A stretch of DNA of 64,000 nt from Candidatus Saelkia tenebricola (GTDB lineage: Bacteria; Omnitrophota; Gorgyraeia; Kaelpiales; Kaelpiaceae). Position 1 is the stretch's first letter; each line of letters starts with the position of its first letter. Made by a program: the position numbers and the translations under genes. Of this stretch, positions 39,017 through 49,002 are shown piece by piece. The notes below the pieces were generated by a model. The model was not told the DNA's origin and made no database searches. It worked only from the letters and a program-made list of their open reading frames with translations. The DNA lies in contig JAVCDA010000010.1 in assembly GCA_030765145.1 (NCBI GenBank), forward strand, positions 49,087-113,086. The letters run 5' to 3'.

Positions 39017-39802
39017 TTAAAACATGCTTCTACCTTGAGCCCCGTCTACAGGAATAGAAGCTCCATTGAGTAAAGCTGCTGCTTGGGAACAAATAAAAAC
39101 AACAACTCGCGCTATTTCATCAGGCACTCCAAACCGGCCCAATGGAAGCTCTTGTTTTATAAAATCCTCAACCTGAGCAGGGTTTTCTTTTAATTCTTTC
39201 TCCCATCCGGTATCAGGTATCATGATTGCACCCGGAGCAACACTATTAAAAGTAATATTACACTGGCTTAAATAAGGTTTTTTAGCCAGAGATTTCATAA
39301 ACGCTGTCTGAGCTGTTTTTGCCATACTAAACCAGGGCCTGGCGCCTGCCTCGCGGCCAAAAATAGAGGTTATAGTCACAACCCTTCCCCACTTTTGTTG
39401 ACGCAGATAAGGAATCACCTTGGTTGTAAACCTGACAGCCGAAAGCACATTTTTGTTATAAACTTCACTCCATACTTCTTCATCGGTTTCCTCAACTATT
39501 TCTTCCCCCCATCTGCCTCCCCCGCCGACATTGTTTATCAAAATATGAATCGTACCCCATTTGGCTATAATCTTTTCAATAACACTGTCTATATCCTTTT
39601 TTTCTGTAACATCTGCCTGCAAGGCTAAGACATCAACACCTTTCTCTTTTAACTCTTTTTCAGTTTGCTTAACCCGTTCGATATTCCGCGAACAAACAGA
39701 AACATTACATCCTTCATCGGCAAGAGCTAAAGCAATGCTCTTGCCGATACCATGCGTACCTCCAGTAACAAGTGCATATTTACCTTTAATTTTTAAATCC
39801 AT
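39017..39802 (-). CDS. Short-chain dehydrogenase/reductase (SDR).
   Basis: KYALVTGGTHGIGKSIA, NNVGG, and the YxxxK region. The true start is probably the internal ATG at 39802 (MDLKIKGK), which has an AAGGAG RBS. Confidence 0.75.
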   Translation of the reverse strand: MDLKIKGKYALVTGGTHGIGKSIALALADEGCNVSVCSRNIERVKQTEKELKEKGVDVLALQADVTEKKDIDSVIEKIIAKWGTIHILINNVGGGGRWGEEIVEETDEEVWSEVYNKNVLSAVRFTTKVIPYLRQQKWGRVVTITSIFGREAGARPWFSMAKTAQTAFMKSLAKKPYLSQCNITFNSVAPGAIMIPDTGWEKELKENPAQVEDFIKQELPLGRFGVPDEIARVVVFICSQAAALLNGASIPVDGAQGRSMF

Positions 39803-39822
39803 ATTTTTCTCCTTTTTCTCTT

Positions 39823-40764
39823 TTATTGAGAGAACACATCTAAAATTGTACTCACAACAGAATCGACATCTAAACCATACAAGCTGCGCATATATTCCCT
39901 GGAGCCGGTTTCGAAACAATGCTGATCCGGAATTGCTATTCGCTTTAAAAAAACATCTCCCCTGGCTTCAGCTAAAACCTCGCTTATAACTGTACCGATT
40001 CCTCCCTGGATAATATTTTCTTCTAAGGTTACTACAATTTTCGATTTATCAATCAGATTTAACAGCAATTCTATATTTAAAGGCTTGATTCTATAAAGAT
40101 CTAAAACTGCTGCCTTTATAGAATGGGATTTAAGTTCATCCGCTACTTTAACCGCCTCTTGAAGCATAATTCCGCCTGATATAATAGTTAAATCACTACC
40201 TTCCCTTACCTTGAAAATTCCACTTGAGAAATCCTTCTCTTTCTGTCGATCTATTAAAGGCAAAACACCTTTCTCAAGCCTTATATAAACGGGTGATGTA
40301 CTTTTATAGGCAATCTGGGCACAGGCTTGAGCAGTTACAGCATTCGAGGGATTTAATATCGTAATTTCAGGAAGCAAACGCATAAGAGCGATATCGCTTG
40401 TTCCGTGATGAGTAGGCCCGTCACTGGCATAAGAAAGCCCGGCACCTATACCTATGATACTTACTCCAAGATTCATAGCACAAATATCGATTTTAATCTG
40501 CTCGTAACATCTAAGCGTTGTGAACGGAATTATGCTGTAGATAAAAACATTCTTATCCACCAAAGATAATCCAGCTGCAATGCTCACCATGTTTTGTTCC
40601 GCAACAGCCATATTTATGAATTGGCTTGGAAGATCTTTTTTAAATTTAGCCAAACTAAAAGCACCCATGTCAGCTGTAAGGAATATTACATTCTTATCCT
40701 GTTGAGCAATACTATACAGCTGATCGAAAAATGCATCTCTAATATCTTTATTCAATGCTTTCAT
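39823..40764 (-). CDS. Split transketolase, C-terminal subunit (pyrimidine-binding plus C-terminal domain).
   Basis: LTADMG, EQNMVSIAAGL. Follows the N-terminal subunit with a 4-nt overlap. Confidence 0.8.
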   Translation of the reverse strand: MKALNKDIRDAFFDQLYSIAQQDKNVIFLTADMGAFSLAKFKKDLPSQFINMAVAEQNMVSIAAGLSLVDKNVFIYSIIPFTTLRCYEQIKIDICAMNLGVSIIGIGAGLSYASDGPTHHGTSDIALMRLLPEITILNPSNAVTAQACAQIAYKSTSPVYIRLEKGVLPLIDRQKEKDFSSGIFKVREGSDLTIISGGIMLQEAVKVADELKSHSIKAAVLDLYRIKPLNIELLLNLIDKSKIVVTLEENIIQGGIGTVISEVLAEARGDVFLKRIAIPDQHCFETGSREYMRSLYGLDVDSVVSTILDVFSQ

Positions 40765-41582
40765 AATTCAAGTTCTTTTTTTGCACGTTCTAAATCTTCT
40801 CCGCGAGGCACAGAATGGTGCCAATCTAAATTACCTTCCATAAAAGAAACACCCTTACCTTTAACGGTATTTGCTATCACAACCAGCGGTCTTTTTCCAA
40901 GCTTATTATGAAACTGTTTACAAACTGAAAGTAACTCTTGGTGAGAATGTCCATCTATGACAACCACATCCCAACCGCAGGAAACCCATTTCTTATCCAA
41001 CGGCTCTAAATCGAGACAATCTTTGAGAAAATCCGTAACACAAATCCCATTTCTATCAACAATGGCAACCAAATTATTTAATTTATGATGGCCTGCAAAC
41101 ATAGCAGCCTCCCAAACACTCCCCTCACAGCATTCTCCATCACCCAATAAAACACATGTGATAAAATCTTTAGCATCCATCTTCGCGCCTAAGGCAATCC
41201 CTGCACCTATTCCAAGTCCATGACCAAGAGACCCTGTGTCCGCTTCAATCCCGGGTATTTTTCTATCCGGGTGGCCTCTGAGAATAGATGTTTCTTTCTG
41301 GTAATTTTCAAGCTCTGAAAGAGCAAAATAGCCCAAATCAGCAAGCACAGCGTATAGGGAAGCTGCCGAATGCCCCTTGCTTAAAATAAATCTATCCCTA
41401 CCGGGTGATTCTTTATTCGTTGAATCAAAGCGAAGTATGCCACCGTAATACAGTGCAACTAAAATATCAGCGCATGAAAAAGCTCCTCCAATATGGCCTT
41501 TACCCGCAGATGAAATCATTTCTAAAACCTGCCTACGCACCCAACGGGATTTTTGTTCTAACTCTAATATGTTTTTCTGCAT
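40761..41582 (-). CDS. Split transketolase, N-terminal subunit (TPP-binding).
   Basis: GHIGGAFSCADIL, GSLGHGLGIGAGIALG, LGDGECCEG. Confidence 0.8.
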   Translation of the reverse strand: MQKNILELEQKSRWVRRQVLEMISSAGKGHIGGAFSCADILVALYYGGILRFDSTNKESPGRDRFILSKGHSAASLYAVLADLGYFALSELENYQKETSILRGHPDRKIPGIEADTGSLGHGLGIGAGIALGAKMDAKDFITCVLLGDGECCEGSVWEAAMFAGHHKLNNLVAIVDRNGICVTDFLKDCLDLEPLDKKWVSCGWDVVVIDGHSHQELLSVCKQFHNKLGKRPLVVIANTVKGKGVSFMEGNLDWHHSVPRGEDLERAKKELEL

Positions 41583-43093
41583 TAGTACTTTTTGAAAAAA
41601 TATACCTTAATATTCTTTAACACCCTTTTTACCACACCTTCTAATTTAGATGTAGTATTGCCTCTTGCTATATTAACAGCTAATCTAACCATTCGTCCAG
41701 GATGTGTTATGAACATAAGGCTGTAAAAACTGACAAATAAAAACAACCTCATTAAAGACAAAGTTAAAGGAGCAAAGTTCTTTGACCAAGATACATTTTT
41801 CGCTAAGTCTGCATAACCGAAAAGTCCAAAGAAGTACTCATCGTTTAATCTGATTCTTTTTCTATTCAATAAATCCTGGAATAACTCCGATCCCGGGTAA
41901 GGAATAAAAGGAAAAACATTAACTTCCTGAAGCCCTTTAGTCGCCAATTTCATAAGCAAAAAATAGGTCTTTAGAAAATCCTTAAATCTTTCCTCAGGCA
42001 ATCCTATGACAATATTCGTGCTCAAATTCATACCAGTTGTTAAACCGTCTTTTACTAAAGAAAACACCTTGTCTGGATTAGATTTTTTATTTACGCTTAT
42101 TAAAACATTTTTAGACCCTGACTCAACGGCAAAATCAAGTTCCCGACAACCCGCTTCTTGCATTAGCTCTAAAACATCAAAATCTAAATCTTCCGTCCTT
42201 AAAGTTGGAAGTTGCCAAGTAATATTAAGCCGACGTTTAATAATATCGCAACATAAATTGACAATGCTTTCTTTAGTAACCATTGCTGTAAGATCAGAGA
42301 AAACAAAATTATCCGCTCTATAGCGGGTGATATAATGCTGCATTTCATCTACAACTAAACTGGCACCCCTTGTAATCCAAGGGGTGCTCCACATGTGGGG
42401 ATTGGAGCAAAAACTACAGCTATAAGGACACCCGCGTGTTGCAAGCATCGGAATAGTACGGCCACGAGAAATATGATAATTCAATTCTCTGGATAGGTAA
42501 TTCTCCATCGGTGTTAAATCCCAGGCAGGGTAAGGGATTTTATCAATGTCTCTGATACGTTCTGCTCTTTGGGTGCAATGAAAATTACTGCCCTTATTGA
42601 TTCTGTAAACCAATCCGCGGATACCAGAAAACTCTTTTTTATTCTGCAGAGCATCAAGAAGCTGTACAAAAACACCTTCTCCTTCGCCAATTACACAGAC
42701 ATCCAGCTGGGGGCAATCTTTCATACAATACTCGGCTAAAGCCGAAACATGCTCGCCTCCTGCAACTAATACCGCTTCAGGGTTAAGTCTGGATACATAC
42801 TGGATCAATTCCCTGTGAAAAACCCAATCCTGGGAAAACATAGAACTGAACCCGATAACATCGCAATCTTTGAGCCGTTTTTTTAATGCAGAGAAATTCA
42901 TCCCATAAACCACATATTTGCCCCTTACAATCTCTGTGCACTCTATATCTTCACCGCACATATCTATAATGTCCACATCATATCCTGCCTTACGAGTTAC
43001 AGCAGCAATATAGCTTATGCCTAAAAAGGGAACCAAGTGTGCCCCCATTAAACCCACGCTATAAGCAGGAGGACGGATTAAGCTGATTTTCAT
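41582..43093 (-). CDS. B12-binding (class B) radical SAM enzyme, third paralog.
   Basis: B12-binding domain plus ATRGCPYSCSFCSNP. Confidence 0.7.
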   Translation of the reverse strand: MKISLIRPPAYSVGLMGAHLVPFLGISYIAAVTRKAGYDVDIIDMCGEDIECTEIVRGKYVVYGMNFSALKKRLKDCDVIGFSSMFSQDWVFHRELIQYVSRLNPEAVLVAGGEHVSALAEYCMKDCPQLDVCVIGEGEGVFVQLLDALQNKKEFSGIRGLVYRINKGSNFHCTQRAERIRDIDKIPYPAWDLTPMENYLSRELNYHISRGRTIPMLATRGCPYSCSFCSNPHMWSTPWITRGASLVVDEMQHYITRYRADNFVFSDLTAMVTKESIVNLCCDIIKRRLNITWQLPTLRTEDLDFDVLELMQEAGCRELDFAVESGSKNVLISVNKKSNPDKVFSLVKDGLTTGMNLSTNIVIGLPEERFKDFLKTYFLLMKLATKGLQEVNVFPFIPYPGSELFQDLLNRKRIRLNDEYFFGLFGYADLAKNVSWSKNFAPLTLSLMRLFLFVSFYSLMFITHPGRMVRLAVNIARGNTTSKLEGVVKRVLKNIKVYFFKKY

Positions 43094-43094
43094 T

Positions 43095-44216
43095 TTATCG
43101 TTTTAAATCAATTGTGCTGCAACAAGCACCGTTTTTATTCTTAAGATACGTTGGATGACTCCACATTTCTCTTATTAAACGCTGAAGCGGCTTTTTTCTG
43201 ACATTGCCAAAAGTATCGGGAAAAGCTACGCAAAGCTGGATATCTCCATAGGGTGAAATATTAAATATCTTGCCGTATAAAGCCTGACAAACCTTTTTCT
43301 TGCGCTTAACAGAATAAGCTCCTTCAATAAAAGCAAAGGAAGGATCAATATTCTCGATTACCCAGAGTTTTTCATCTTCGTTAAGCTCTATCTTCTTCTT
43401 CGCAATCCATTCTCCGGAAATTATGGGGAATAATATTCTTACGGCTGTTGCTTTAAGCTCTCGTGATAAATCAATGATTTTGGTTAAATCGCTTACATCA
43501 CCCGGCTGTGCAAACCCCTCTATTCTGCGCCGGGTTACATAGGTTGATACGATACAAGGAACACCTTCTTGGTGGCAAAAAGAAATTGCTGCCACCGCTC
43601 TCTTATAAATCCCCGGCAAACCCCGCAATTTATCATGTTCCTGTTCTTCTGCGCTATCTAAGCTTATGTTTATACAGCTTATGCCTGCATCTTTTAATCT
43701 TTTCACCATATCCCGGGTCAACAGCCAAGCATTGGTAGTTATTGAAATATACACCCCTTGTCGAGAGCCAAATCTAACCAACTCAACAATATCTTCTTTA
43801 AGGAGAGGCTCTCCACCGAAATAATCCACTTTAGGAATGCTGATTTTAACAGCCTGTTTCAAAAGACTTTTTATCTCATCAGCCGTAAGCTCTCTTTCTC
43901 TATCTACCTCAGAAAAATAATTTGAAACCGAACAATGCTTACATCTGCATTGACAGCTATAGGTCACAGACAGCTCAATAAGCCAGGGTACCTTTTTTTT
44001 AAAAACAGATGTTAACATCCAGTAACGAATCATTCTATATGCTTTTAAAAAAGTCATCCTGCTGAGCCCGACTTTTGAATACAATATTATTTTCCCGGCT
44101 TGTTTAAATACCGCTTTTATCTTTTTATCAATCATATCTTTTCGCCACACATTTATCACATATGTAATGCCCATTACAACACAAAATTCTGGATAATTCC
44201 ACCTTACCGCAGTCAA
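43095..44216 (-). CDS. Radical SAM enzyme with a SPASM/twitch-like C-terminal Cys cluster.
   Basis: SVTYSCQCRCKHC (CxxxCxxC), then a C-terminal CVAFPDTFGN..GACCS. The N-terminus is ambiguous because the ORF overlaps the upstream gene by about 90 nt. Confidence 0.6.
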   Translation of the reverse strand: MTAVRWNYPEFCVVMGITYVINVWRKDMIDKKIKAVFKQAGKIILYSKVGLSRMTFLKAYRMIRYWMLTSVFKKKVPWLIELSVTYSCQCRCKHCSVSNYFSEVDRERELTADEIKSLLKQAVKISIPKVDYFGGEPLLKEDIVELVRFGSRQGVYISITTNAWLLTRDMVKRLKDAGISCINISLDSAEEQEHDKLRGLPGIYKRAVAAISFCHQEGVPCIVSTYVTRRRIEGFAQPGDVSDLTKIIDLSRELKATAVRILFPIISGEWIAKKKIELNEDEKLWVIENIDPSFAFIEGAYSVKRKKKVCQALYGKIFNISPYGDIQLCVAFPDTFGNVRKKPLQRLIREMWSHPTYLKNKNGACCSTIDLKR

Positions 44217-44937
44217 GACATCTCACTTTTTCTTTAAACAATCTCACAACCATTGAATACCCACATATTAAACAAGGAACGGCATGAGTCGAACAAGGTG
44301 CCAAATTCTTAAATCTTAAAATACTCTTTAAAGTGAATAAAAAAGGAAAAGGCAAAGCTTTCCTTACAAGTTTTACATCTCCGGTACAAATAGTATTCAA
44401 TATTCCCGCTTTATCATCAGTCATAACTTCCGTATAGCTGCGGCCAACGAATTCGGCAGCTGTTGTATCAGTAGAAGAAAGACCGGGAATACCCAACTTT
44501 TCAGATACTCTCTTTGCCCGATAGTTATAAATAATTGAAGCGCCTAAAGCTGCATTATAAACCTCTATTGCATCCACAGAAAGCTCAGTTACCTTTTTTC
44601 CCAAGCCTAAAGGCAGGAACGGATGAACCGCAACAGCAATTCCACCCTGCGAATGTATCTGGTTGATTGTTTCATGAGCAGGTTGTAAATCAGCGATTTT
44701 TTCCTTAAGTCCCAGAGCAGTTAAATGACCTTCCTGACTGCATATTTCCTGACCAATTATAATAATAAAATCTTTTATCTCCTCTTTAATCTTAACCGCA
44801 TGGGAGAGGCTGAAAAAATTAGTAATTGCAGCACCGTCTAAATTGTTTTTCCCCAAAGCATATCTTAAATCGTCAGCCTCTATAAAAATTTTGCCTCGCG
44901 ATTCGCTATGGAGATGCAAGTCTAACTTGATAGACAT
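44128..44937 (-). CDS. PHP-domain metal-dependent phosphoesterase with a C-terminal Cys-rich zinc ribbon.
   Basis: LDLHLHSESRGKIF (the HxH of PHP), further His/Asp motifs, and a C-terminal CLICGY..CLDCG..CCNGHYICDKC. Confidence 0.5.
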   Translation of the reverse strand: MSIKLDLHLHSESRGKIFIEADDLRYALGKNNLDGAAITNFFSLSHAVKIKEEIKDFIIIIGQEICSQEGHLTALGLKEKIADLQPAHETINQIHSQGGIAVAVHPFLPLGLGKKVTELSVDAIEVYNAALGASIIYNYRAKRVSEKLGIPGLSSTDTTAAEFVGRSYTEVMTDDKAGILNTICTGDVKLVRKALPFPFLFTLKSILRFKNLAPCSTHAVPCLICGYSMVVRLFKEKVRCLDCGKVELSRILCCNGHYICDKCVAKRYD

Positions 44938-46034
44938 TTTCTACTTCTGGCAATAATTTTAGCCATTTCGAACATTATTCTAAGATAATATTCCGGTCTA
45001 TATATCAAATTATTTGACAAAGGCAACCCCCAGTGGCAATTGCATTTTTCTTTCACAATATTTTTACTGAATTTTTTCATCGAATCCGATTTTAAAATTT
45101 TATTAATATCATAACCGTTCTCTCTAAGATTCCCTACAGAATGCCACAACGGCTCGCATGGGAAAACATCCCCAACTTCATTTACCACAACCACTCTTTT
45201 CCCCGCCTTACATTGTTTATACATATTCCGATTTTTTAAAACCTTTTTTAAGAAATCGTTTTTCGTAATCCGTAAGGCAATAGTAAACAGAGAATGGAAT
45301 TCTTTTATGTTGTCTACAACAGTAGTATTTTCGATTTCATCGCAAAACTTGAAATACTCCTCCCAATTAAAATCAAAAGCTTCTTTATTAGAAACGCTAC
45401 CGTGAGTAACAGAAAAAACTACCCTGTCTAAATCCTTAAAATCTTGATCTAAGATATTAAATAATTCTTTAATATAATTCTGATTATAATGTGAGTACAC
45501 AACACACGCTTTGACTCTTAGATTCCTATATCTGTTTTTCAAAATAATCAACCCATCATACGTTTCCTTAAGTCTTTGAAAACTGTTTTCTAACCCGCGT
45601 ATTTCATCATGAACCGCTTCTGGCCCATCGATAGAAAGCTGTAAATCGACAATCATATCAGGACAATTTTTAAGAATATCTTCTGTCTGTTTTAAGATTC
45701 CCGCTGTAAAATACCCGTTTGTAGGAAGGTCTACTACTAAAGGAGGGGCGTTTTTATAAACCACTTTTATAATCTCAGATAAATCTTCCCTCATAAACGG
45801 TTCGCCCCCGGAAATACCCAGAATATTTATCAATTTTATATTTTTACTTATGTTATCGTATTCTTCTACAGTTAACTCATTTTTAGAACCGGAATTTTTT
45901 TTCATCTCCTCAATGTAAAAACACATTTTACAATTAGCATTACACTTGCCCGTAACAAAGAAAATTATATAGCTAGGGTAATTTAAAGTTCTAAACCACC
46001 TGGGCATTCTTCTCAATGATAAAGATTTCAGCAT
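44922..46034 (-). CDS. Radical SAM enzyme with a SPASM domain.
   Basis: FVTGKCNANCKMCFY, then a C-terminal cluster CEPLWHS..CNCHWGLP. Confidence 0.6.
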   Translation of the reverse strand: MLKSLSLRRMPRWFRTLNYPSYIIFFVTGKCNANCKMCFYIEEMKKNSGSKNELTVEEYDNISKNIKLINILGISGGEPFMREDLSEIIKVVYKNAPPLVVDLPTNGYFTAGILKQTEDILKNCPDMIVDLQLSIDGPEAVHDEIRGLENSFQRLKETYDGLIILKNRYRNLRVKACVVYSHYNQNYIKELFNILDQDFKDLDRVVFSVTHGSVSNKEAFDFNWEEYFKFCDEIENTTVVDNIKEFHSLFTIALRITKNDFLKKVLKNRNMYKQCKAGKRVVVVNEVGDVFPCEPLWHSVGNLRENGYDINKILKSDSMKKFSKNIVKEKCNCHWGLPLSNNLIYRPEYYLRIMFEMAKIIARSRKCLSS

Positions 46035-46077
46035 TAAAAAATAATCCTCCTATCTGAAAAAATTATTTACAATATGC

Positions 46078-47010
46078 TTAAACGTTGGAAAACTTATTGT
46101 TTTTGATGACCTGATACCCCTTTATCAGTTCAGCAATACCTTCTTCTAAAGATATCTGGGGCTTAAATCCTGTTTTCTCTATTTTTTCATTACTGATAAC
46201 ATAATCTCTTTTGTCCGGATCTTCTGATATATCTGATTCTACTAAAAAAAGCTCCGGGATTTGATTCTTAATCTTTTCGGCCAGTTCCATTTTGCTAAGA
46301 TTAGCATCGCTTAACCCTACATTGTAAGGCTCATTTTTCATCTGCTCGAAATTATTAAGACAGTGTAAGAATACTTTGGCTACATCACGAACATGAATAT
46401 AATTCCTTTTAAAACCGGCTTCAAAAAGCACAATATACTTATCATTCAAGGCGCGATAGGTAAAATCATTGACTAAAAGATCCAATCTCATTCTGGGGCT
46501 GATTCCAAAAACAGTGGCAAGTCTTAAAGTAATACTATTGGGGGAATTCAAAATAACATTTTCCGCTTCTACCTTTAATTTTCCGTAAAGGGAAATCGGT
46601 TTTAACAAGGCTTCTTCTGTACAGTATTTATCTTTCTCGCCTATTCCATATCCACTGTTTGTAGTGGGAAAAATAATGATTTGCTCTTTGCTCCTTAAAT
46701 CATTTATCATTTTTATAGCATCTAATACAACTGAACGAGCTGTGGTGGGATCTTTTTTGCATAAAGGTGAACCTGTAAGGCAAGCTAAAGGTAAAATTAC
46801 ATCTACTTCTTTTATAAGTTTAGCAATCAGTGATTTATCCCGAGCATCACCTCGAATGATTTCTAGATTTTTGTTATTGCAACAATCCAATAAAGGTGTC
46901 TGGTTGTACATAAAATTATCCACTGCAATTATACAATGTGATTCTTTTAATAATGCAGGAACCAAAATAGCACCGATATAACCTGCTGCACCTGTAACTA
47001 ATATCTTCAT
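46078..47010 (-). CDS. NAD-dependent epimerase/dehydratase family protein.
   Basis: MKILVTGAAGYIGA Rossmann motif. About 310 aa of extended SDR. Confidence 0.7.
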   Translation of the reverse strand: MKILVTGAAGYIGAILVPALLKESHCIIAVDNFMYNQTPLLDCCNNKNLEIIRGDARDKSLIAKLIKEVDVILPLACLTGSPLCKKDPTTARSVVLDAIKMINDLRSKEQIIIFPTTNSGYGIGEKDKYCTEEALLKPISLYGKLKVEAENVILNSPNSITLRLATVFGISPRMRLDLLVNDFTYRALNDKYIVLFEAGFKRNYIHVRDVAKVFLHCLNNFEQMKNEPYNVGLSDANLSKMELAEKIKNQIPELFLVESDISEDPDKRDYVISNEKIEKTGFKPQISLEEGIAELIKGYQVIKNNKFSNV

Positions 47011-47014
47011 TTTT

Positions 47015-47950
47015 TTATACCCTCTTCTTTAAGTTTTTATACCATTCATACGTCTGATAAATGCCTTCCTCAAGCGTTATTTCCGCACTCCAGCCTAAAA
47101 CATTAATCTTACTGGAATCTAAGAGTTTTTTTAGCACCCCAACAGGTTTTGACTCATCAAAAACTATTTTTCCCCGAAATCCTACTACATCTTTTATCAA
47201 TAATGCTAAATCTTTAATGGAAATATCTTCACCCACGCCGATATTAATAATTTCTGGTGAATCATAATTATTCATTAAAAAAACAGCCGCCTTAACAACA
47301 TCCTCCACATATATGAACTCCCTTAAAGCGATACCTCGCCCCCAAACAACAACCTCTTTATCGCCTCTAATCTTTGCCCCATAAAATTTACTTACCAAAG
47401 CAGCCATTACATGGGAATTTTCTGAATCAAACTCATCATAAGGCCCGTAAATAGTTGCGGGAACTGCTGAAATAAAATTTACGCCATGTTGAAGATTGTA
47501 GGCTTGAGACATCTTTATCCCTGCTATCTTAGATACTGCATAATGAGCGCTTGTCTCCTCTAATCTCCCATTTAAAAAACAGCTTTCTTTAATCGCCTGA
47601 GAGCTATCAGCTGGATAAACACATGAGCTAGCCAAGAAAAGCATCTTTTTCACCTTAAATTCAAAGCTGGACTGTATTATGTTATTTTGAACCTCTAAGT
47701 TGGTATGCATTAAATCTGCAGGGCATTTGATATTTGCAGCTATACCATAAGACTTTATGTGGTTTAAAAAAACATATCCCGGTTTTTCTTTTTTAAAAAA
47801 AGACCGCACTGAATCTTGATTCATTAAATCGACTTCAAAACTAACATTGTCTAAAACATTGATAAAACCATTTTGCTCAAAATACCGAATGAAAGATGTT
47901 CTTAAAATATCCTTGTCTCCTGCAATAAAAATTTTAGAATTTTTATCCAT
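47015..47950 (-). CDS. GDP-L-fucose synthase (Fcl)-like 3,5-epimerase/4-reductase.
   Basis: LASSCVYPA, YAVSKIAGIKMSQAYNLQHG, PATIYGPYDEF. These are all close to Fcl signatures. Confidence 0.65.
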   Translation of the reverse strand: MDKNSKIFIAGDKDILRTSFIRYFEQNGFINVLDNVSFEVDLMNQDSVRSFFKKEKPGYVFLNHIKSYGIAANIKCPADLMHTNLEVQNNIIQSSFEFKVKKMLFLASSCVYPADSSQAIKESCFLNGRLEETSAHYAVSKIAGIKMSQAYNLQHGVNFISAVPATIYGPYDEFDSENSHVMAALVSKFYGAKIRGDKEVVVWGRGIALREFIYVEDVVKAAVFLMNNYDSPEIINIGVGEDISIKDLALLIKDVVGFRGKIVFDESKPVGVLKKLLDSSKINVLGWSAEITLEEGIYQTYEWYKNLKKRV

Positions 47951-47951
47951 A

Positions 47952-49001
47952 TTAAGATTGCCCTTTCATCAAATCAGCCGCTGTATTAATAATATCATCT
48001 GCTCCGGGATAAAAAGCTTCTTCCAAAACATAGGAACTAGGAATGGGGATATCAGGCCAGGTAATACGTTTAATAGGCGCTTTTAGATATCTAAAACCCT
48101 GATCCGCAACAACTGCTGCTATCTCAGATGCTGCACCGGCAATTCCCCAATCAGTATCAGCAATAATTAAATGTCCTGTTTTTTTGACTGAATTAATTAT
48201 AATTTCTACATCTAAAGGTTTTAATGTTCTTAAGTCTATTACTTCTATATCACAGCCTTGTTCTTTTAACTTTTCAGCCGCTCTTAAAGCCTCGATTACC
48301 ATATAAGAGATCCCTACAACTGTAACATCTTTGCCTTCTCGACGGATAAGACCCTTACCAAAAGGAATAGAGTAAAGCTCCCGGGGAACATAGCTTTGGT
48401 GTTTAAACAACCAGCGGTGTTCAATAAATAAAACAGGGTTATTATCGGCAATACTTCTAACTAAAAGTCCTTTGGCATCATACGCTGTAGAAGGCATCAC
48501 AAGACGCAACCCCGGTATATGCATAAACAAGCCGTGTAAAGCTTGAGAATGCTGGGCACCAGACCCCCAGCCCCGCCCAATAACAGCTACGATAACTAAC
48601 GGTACCTGCAATTCGCCTCCGAAAATATAGCTATATTTGGAGGCATGGTTAACGATTTGATCCATTGCTAAAAGCAGAAAATCAGGACGGTTATGAAAAT
48701 ATACCGGCCTCATACCGCAAATAGCAGCTCCAGAAGCTATGCCTGTTAAAGCATTTTCGGATAAAGGGGTGTCAAAAACCCTCTTCTTACCATACTTTTT
48801 ATGCAAATTAAGCGTCATACCAAACATGCCAGTATAATCATCTACGCCTTGCCCCATAACAAAAATACGTTCGTCCTTCCCAAGCACCTGATATAAAGTT
48901 TCTCTTATAGACTCAGACACGTTAAGCTTTCTTTTAATCTTATCCGGATGCTCATCAAATCCGGGCTCTTTGGTTTCAATTAAAAATTTTGTCCAGGGCA
49001 T
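47952..49001 (-). CDS. TPP-dependent 2-oxoacid/acetoin dehydrogenase E1 component, beta subunit-like.
   Basis: RVFDTPLSENALTGIASGAAICGMRPV, DQIVNHASK, HSQALHGLFMHIPGLRLVMPS, DNNPVLFIEH. Confidence 0.75.
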   Translation of the reverse strand: MPWTKFLIETKEPGFDEHPDKIKRKLNVSESIRETLYQVLGKDERIFVMGQGVDDYTGMFGMTLNLHKKYGKKRVFDTPLSENALTGIASGAAICGMRPVYFHNRPDFLLLAMDQIVNHASKYSYIFGGELQVPLVIVAVIGRGWGSGAQHSQALHGLFMHIPGLRLVMPSTAYDAKGLLVRSIADNNPVLFIEHRWLFKHQSYVPRELYSIPFGKGLIRREGKDVTVVGISYMVIEALRAAEKLKEQGCDIEVIDLRTLKPLDVEIIINSVKKTGHLIIADTDWGIAGAASEIAAVVADQGFRYLKAPIKRITWPDIPIPSSYVLEEAFYPGADDIINTAADLMKGQS

Positions 49002-49002
49002 T

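Noticed and set aside
43095-44216. The N-terminal roughly 30 codons of the SPASM radical SAM ORF as called in the track
   Set aside because: This part overlaps the PHP gene by about 90 nt. The radical SAM core begins well downstream. A later internal Met (for example MIDKK or MTFLKAY) is a more plausible start, so the extended N-terminus is not treated as real.
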